64,000 nucleotides of DNA. Origin: Prochlorococcus sp. AH-736-N03 (GTDB taxonomy: Bacteria > Cyanobacteriota > Cyanobacteriia > PCC-6307 > Cyanobiaceae). The translations under genes were made by a program, and so were the position numbers. The notes under the pieces are model-generated. The model searched no databases and was not told the DNA's origin. It saw only the letters and a list, made by a program, of their open reading frames with translations. The DNA is taken from contig JAOIOX010000001.1 in assembly GCA_028140765.1 (NCBI GenBank), forward strand, positions 8,813 through 72,812, in the 5' to 3' direction. The stretch's first letter is position 1. Each line of letters begins with the position of its first letter. Shown piece after piece: positions 59,528 to 64,000 of this stretch.

Positions 59528-60952
59528 ATGGCTAAAGATGCACTAATAGTTAAAACAACACCTCTTCCTCAAAGTAGAATTTCATTCGAATTAGAAATAC
59601 CATCTGAGACATGCAAAACGTGTGTAAATGAAACAATCAGTTCTATCAGTCGTTCGGCTAAAATTCCGGGATTCAGACTTGGTAAGATTCCTAAACAAGT
59701 CTTAATTCAAAGAATTGGCATCACACAATTACATGCTTCTGCTCTGGAAAAAATTATTGATAAATCATGGCAAGAAGCGTTAAAAATAAAATCTATAGAG
59801 CCACTAAGTGAGCCAGAATTGGTAGATGGATTTGAATCTTTACTTGCAAAGTTTAGTCCCGAAAAATCACTTAAGGTTACTCTTCAAACTGATGTTGCCC
59901 CAGAATTAAAACTTAAAAAATCCAAAGGACTAAGTGTTGAAATATCAAAGACAAAGTTTGATCCCAAGTCAATAGATGAAGCGCTAGAAAAATCTAGAAA
60001 TCAATTTGCCAACATTATTCCAGTTACCAATAGAGCAGCAAAATTAGGAGACATTGCTGTAGTTAGTTTCAAAGGAAAATATAAAGATTCTGGTAAAGAG
60101 ATTGATGGTGGAACAAGTGAATCAATGGATCTTGAGTTAGAAAAGAACAAAATGATTCCTGGTTTCGTTGAGGGAATCGTAAAGATGAAAATTGGTGATA
60201 CTAAAACACTTAACCTTAAATTTCCTGATGATTATTCTCATGAGGATTCAAGAGGCAAAGAAGCAATTTTTGAAGTAAATCTTAAGGATCTTAAGGAAAA
60301 AGAATTGCCTGAACTTAATGACGATTTTGCAAAACAGTCTGGCAACAAAGAATCATTAAAAGAATTAAAGAAAGATATTGAAAAGCAACTTAAAGACAAT
60401 TTTGAAAAAACTCAAAAAGATATCAAAATTGAAGCCTTATTAGATGCCTTAACAAAAGAATTGGTTGCTGACATTCCAAAATCTATGATTGATATAGAAG
60501 TGAGGAATAATATTGAACAAACCGCTCAAAGATTTGCTCAACAAGGTCTTGATGTAAAATCTACTTTCACTCCGGAATTAGTTAAGTCATTAGCAGAGTC
60601 CACAAGGCCTCAAGCTGAAAAAAATGTTCAAAGAAATTTAGCTTTAAAAGCATTAGCTGAAACAGAAAACATAAAAGTAGAGAAAGATGAAATTGATTTA
60701 AAAATGAAAGATTATGAAGAAGCAATCTCTCAATCTTCAAAACAAATAGATATTAAAAGATTAAGAGAAGTAGTAAGTAACGATCTACTCAAGGAAAAAT
60801 TAATAATTTGGCTTGAAGAAAATTCTGAAGTAAAAGAAAAAACTACAAAAACTTCTAAAGCTACCAAAACCTCCAAAACAACAAAAGCCACAAAAACTGC
60901 GACAAAAACTTCAAAAACTTCAAAAACTCAAAATAAAAAAGAAAAAAAATAA
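59528..60952 (+). CDS. tig: Trigger factor
   Basis: IPGFRLGKIP ribosome-binding motif, FKBP domain (MIPGFVEG, FPDDY). Confidence 0.96.
   Translation: MAKDALIVKTTPLPQSRISFELEIPSETCKTCVNETISSISRSAKIPGFRLGKIPKQVLIQRIGITQLHASALEKIIDKSWQEALKIKSIEPLSEPELVDGFESLLAKFSPEKSLKVTLQTDVAPELKLKKSKGLSVEISKTKFDPKSIDEALEKSRNQFANIIPVTNRAAKLGDIAVVSFKGKYKDSGKEIDGGTSESMDLELEKNKMIPGFVEGIVKMKIGDTKTLNLKFPDDYSHEDSRGKEAIFEVNLKDLKEKELPELNDDFAKQSGNKESLKELKKDIEKQLKDNFEKTQKDIKIEALLDALTKELVADIPKSMIDIEVRNNIEQTAQRFAQQGLDVKSTFTPELVKSLAESTRPQAEKNVQRNLALKALAETENIKVEKDEIDLKMKDYEEAISQSSKQIDIKRLREVVSNDLLKEKLIIWLEENSEVKEKTTKTSKATKTSKTTKATKTATKTSKTSKTQNKKEKK
60839..60928 (+). repeat. Degenerate in-frame 9-nt tandem repeat encoding (K-T/A-T/S)n in tig
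   Basis: aaaactaca aaaacttct aaagctacc aaaacctcc aaaacaaca aaagccaca ... aaaacttca aaaacttca. Confidence 0.85.
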
Positions 60953-61017
60953 TTTATGAAATTTCCTACTAATTAAAGAAAAACCCCTTAAATTATTCAT
61001 AAGACGAAAACTAATTT

Positions 61018-61662
61018 GTGAACTCAGAAAAAAAACATTTGATCCAAAGCTCAATACGTTCTTACGAAAGTAATAAACAAACTATTGCTGCTGTTCCTAC
61101 CGTTATAGAACAATCAGGTAGAGGAGAAAGAGCTTTTGATATATATTCAAGACTATTGAGGGAGAGAATAATTTTTTTAGGTACTGGAATTAATGATCAA
61201 GTATCTGACTCACTTGTTGCACAATTATTATTTCTTGAAGCGGAAGATCCCGAAAAAGACATTCAAATTTATATTAATTCTCCTGGAGGTTCAGTAACTG
61301 CAGGAATGGCCATATACGATACTATGCAACAAATATCCCCTGATGTAGTGACAATTTGCTTTGGAGTAGCTGCAAGTATGGGGGCCTTTCTACTTTCTGG
61401 AGGAGCAAAGGGGAAAAGATTGGCTTTACCTAATTCTAGGATTATGATTCATCAACCTCTAGGAGGTGCACAAGGTCAAGCAGTAGAGATTGAAATACAA
61501 GCTAAAGAAATACTTTTTCTCAAGAAAACATTAAATTCACTTTTAGCTGAACATACTGGTCAACCTTTAGAAAAAATTAATGAAGATACAGAAAGAGATT
61601 ACTTTTTATCTCCCTCAGAAGCAGTCGAATATGGATTAATTGATAAAGTTATCAAAAAGTGA
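61018..61662 (+). CDS. clpP: ATP-dependent Clp protease proteolytic subunit
   Basis: [33 protein letters not shown]. Confidence 0.97.
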   Translation: MNSEKKHLIQSSIRSYESNKQTIAAVPTVIEQSGRGERAFDIYSRLLRERIIFLGTGINDQVSDSLVAQLLFLEAEDPEKDIQIYINSPGGSVTAGMAIYDTMQQISPDVVTICFGVAASMGAFLLSGGAKGKRLALPNSRIMIHQPLGGAQGQAVEIEIQAKEILFLKKTLNSLLAEHTGQPLEKINEDTERDYFLSPSEAVEYGLIDKVIKK

Positions 61663-61767
61663 CAAGGGGTTCTGATTTTTTAAGAATATGATGACGAATC
61701 GATATTTATGAGCAATCCTAGTGAATAGGGAATATTTAACACCTTTCACTTTAAAAACTTATAATCG

Positions 61768-63135
61768 ATGGCTAAATTCGACGCCCATCTTAAATGTTCA
61801 TTTTGCGGGAAGTCTCAAGACCAAGTAAGAAAGCTTATAGCTGGTCCTGGGGTTTATATCTGTGATGAGTGCATAGACCTTTGTAATGAGATTCTCGATG
61901 AAGAACTACTCGATAATCAAGCGAACACAAACAACTCTCCACAAGTAAAAAAGAAATTACCAACTGATAATCCAAAAAAATCTGTCCCTTTAGAATTAAC
62001 CTCAATTCCTAAGCCATTAGAAATAAAAAGTTTTCTAGATAATCAAGTTGTTGGACAAGAATCTGCAAAAAAAATATTATCAGTAGCCGTATACAATCAC
62101 TACAAGCGATTAGCTTGGAAAGTTAAAGAAGACAGTAAAAATAGCAATTCAACTGATTCACAAGCAACTAAATTACAAAAATCAAATATTTTACTCATCG
62201 GTCCTACTGGAAGTGGAAAAACATTATTGGCGCAAACTTTAGCAGAGTTTTTAGATGTTCCTTTTGCAGTAGCTGATGCAACAACTTTGACAGAAGCTGG
62301 ATATGTTGGGGAGGATGTTGAAAACATACTTTTAAGACTTCTACAGAAATCAGAAATGAATGTAGAACTAGCTCAAAAAGGAATTATTTATATTGATGAA
62401 ATAGATAAAATTGCAAGAAAAAGCGAGAATCCTTCAATTACTAGAGATGTCTCCGGTGAAGGGGTACAACAAGCATTATTAAAAATGCTTGAAGGAACAA
62501 TTGCTAATGTGCCACCTCAAGGCGGAAGAAAACATCCTTATCATGACTGCATCCAAATTGATACGAGTCAAATACTATTTATTTGTGGGGGAGCTTTTAT
62601 AGGTTTAGAGGATATCGTTCAAAAGCGTATGGGTAAACACTCTATAGGATTTACCACCAATTCAGATCAAAACAAAGTTGATACAAAAAAAATAGTAGAC
62701 CCAAGAGATTCCCTGAAAAATTTAGAATTAGATGACTTAGTTAAATATGGCCTAATTCCAGAATTTATTGGAAGAATTCCGGTATGTGCTGTATTAGATC
62801 GTCTTACTAAAGAAACTTTAGAATCTATTTTGACTCAACCAAGAGATGCATTAGTAAAGCAATTCAAAACTTTGCTAAGTATGGATAATGTTGAATTATC
62901 ATTTGAGCCTGATTCTGTTGAAGCGATAGCAAATGAAGCATACAAAAGAAAAACAGGTGCAAGAGCATTAAGATCAATAATTGAAGAGCTAATGCTAGAC
63001 ATAATGTACACTTTACCTTCTGAAGAAAATGTAAAAGAATTCACAATTACGAAAAAAATGGTAGATAATTTGTTCTCATCTAAAATTGTTAAACTACCTT
63101 CAGGATCAAAAAGAATCATTAAAGAGTCTGCATAA
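61768..63135 (+). CDS. clpX: Clp protease ATP-binding subunit ClpX
   Basis: CSFC..CDEC zinc finger, [15 protein letters not shown] and IGF loops. Confidence 0.98.
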   Translation: MAKFDAHLKCSFCGKSQDQVRKLIAGPGVYICDECIDLCNEILDEELLDNQANTNNSPQVKKKLPTDNPKKSVPLELTSIPKPLEIKSFLDNQVVGQESAKKILSVAVYNHYKRLAWKVKEDSKNSNSTDSQATKLQKSNILLIGPTGSGKTLLAQTLAEFLDVPFAVADATTLTEAGYVGEDVENILLRLLQKSEMNVELAQKGIIYIDEIDKIARKSENPSITRDVSGEGVQQALLKMLEGTIANVPPQGGRKHPYHDCIQIDTSQILFICGGAFIGLEDIVQKRMGKHSIGFTTNSDQNKVDTKKIVDPRDSLKNLELDDLVKYGLIPEFIGRIPVCAVLDRLTKETLESILTQPRDALVKQFKTLLSMDNVELSFEPDSVEAIANEAYKRKTGARALRSIIEELMLDIMYTLPSEENVKEFTITKKMVDNLFSSKIVKLPSGSKRIIKESA

Positions 63136-63191
63136 AATTAGAGTTAAATTTTTTAATTTAATCCCTAATTTTTCTAATTAATGAAAAATAA

Positions 63192-64000
63192 ATGCCAAAT
63201 ATACATAAGCCTTTTCATCAAAAATATAGACCAAACAACTTAAACGAACTGGTTGGGCAAAAATTTATATCCATTACACTCAAACAAGCTCTATTAACAA
63301 AAAAAATTGCTCCTGCATATCTTTTTAATGGTCCAAGAGGCACTGGAAAAACATCAAGTGCAAGAATATTTGCAAAATCTCTAAATTGCCAGGCATTCGA
63401 CCAACCTACGATAACTCCTTGTTGTAAATGTGACTTATGTAGACAAATTACAGAAGGGAGCGCTCTAGATATTATCGAGATTGATGCAGCATCAAATACA
63501 GGAGTAGAAAATATAAGAGAAATTATAGAAAGAGCGAGATTTGCACCTACTCAAGCGAGATGGAAAGTCTATGTAATTGATGAATGTCATATGCTTTCAA
63601 CGGCAGCTTCAAATGCTTTACTAAAAACTATTGAAGAACCGCCTTCAAGAGTTGTATTTATACTTGCGACGACAAATCCTGAGAGAGTATTAAATACAAT
63701 AAAAAGTAGATGCCAAAAGTTTGATTTTAGAAGAATAAGCCATAGTGATATTTTTCAACATTTATCAGAAATCGCCGAAAAAGAATCCATTAATTACGAA
63801 GTTCAGGCCTTAAAAATGATTGCAAAAAGATCTAATGGAGGTATGAGAGATGCACAAAGCCTTCTTGAACAATTGAATCTTTTACCAGAAGGGATAACAA
63901 TTAATAATATCCAAAACCTCCTAGGAGAAGTATCAGAGAGTGAATTAACAAATCTGATTAAATCATTGGTTGAGAATAATCCAGAGTCATTAATTGACAC
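63192..64000 (+). CDS. dnaX: DNA polymerase III gamma/tau, 3' end outside window
   Basis: Own translation MPNIHKPFHQKYRP...GPRGTGKT...EIDAAS...IDECHML...SRCQ...GGMRDA; frame open to the window end. Confidence 0.95.
   Translation, partial: MPNIHKPFHQKYRPNNLNELVGQKFISITLKQALLTKKIAPAYLFNGPRGTGKTSSARIFAKSLNCQAFDQPTITPCCKCDLCRQITEGSALDIIEIDAASNTGVENIREIIERARFAPTQARWKVYVIDECHMLSTAASNALLKTIEEPPSRVVFILATTNPERVLNTIKSRCQKFDFRRISHSDIFQHLSEIAEKESINYEVQALKMIAKRSNGGMRDAQSLLEQLNLLPEGITINNIQNLLGEVSESELTNLIKSLVENNPESLID

Overview
AT-rich, gene-dense core chromosome of a marine picocyanobacterium. Gene content, gene order and low GC point to high-light Prochlorococcus marinus; this is inferred by recognition, not by a database search. 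The window holds about 57 housekeeping CDS, including glgP, rnc, ndhS, rimM, glmS, psaC, acpP-fabF-tkt, thiC, ruvB, smpB, lysS, an SrrA-like regulator, mreBCD, ssb, ahcY, tsaE, a SigD-like sigma factor, mgtE, a crcB pair, gyrB, miaA, infC, plmA, cysE, secA, ribH, psbZ, mutS, cobH, holA, lysC, uvrB, tilS, rnj, dapA, asd and tig-clpP-clpX-dnaX. It also has two tRNAs (Arg-CCT, Gly-GCC), RNase P RNA and a TPP riboswitch. I see no mobile element, prophage, CRISPR array or defence island. The best leads are small. (1) The leader of the Na+/H+ antiporter has a terminator-like hairpin and a competing stem (candidate ion-sensing attenuator). (2) RNase J ends in a disordered tail with an RRRRSA motif like the PNPase-binding motif of cyanobacterial RNase E. 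(3) MutS has an N-terminal beta-clamp-like motif. (4) There is an uncharacterised gene pair with a CxCxxC motif. (5) Trigger factor has a K-T-S repeat tail. All five are hypotheses.
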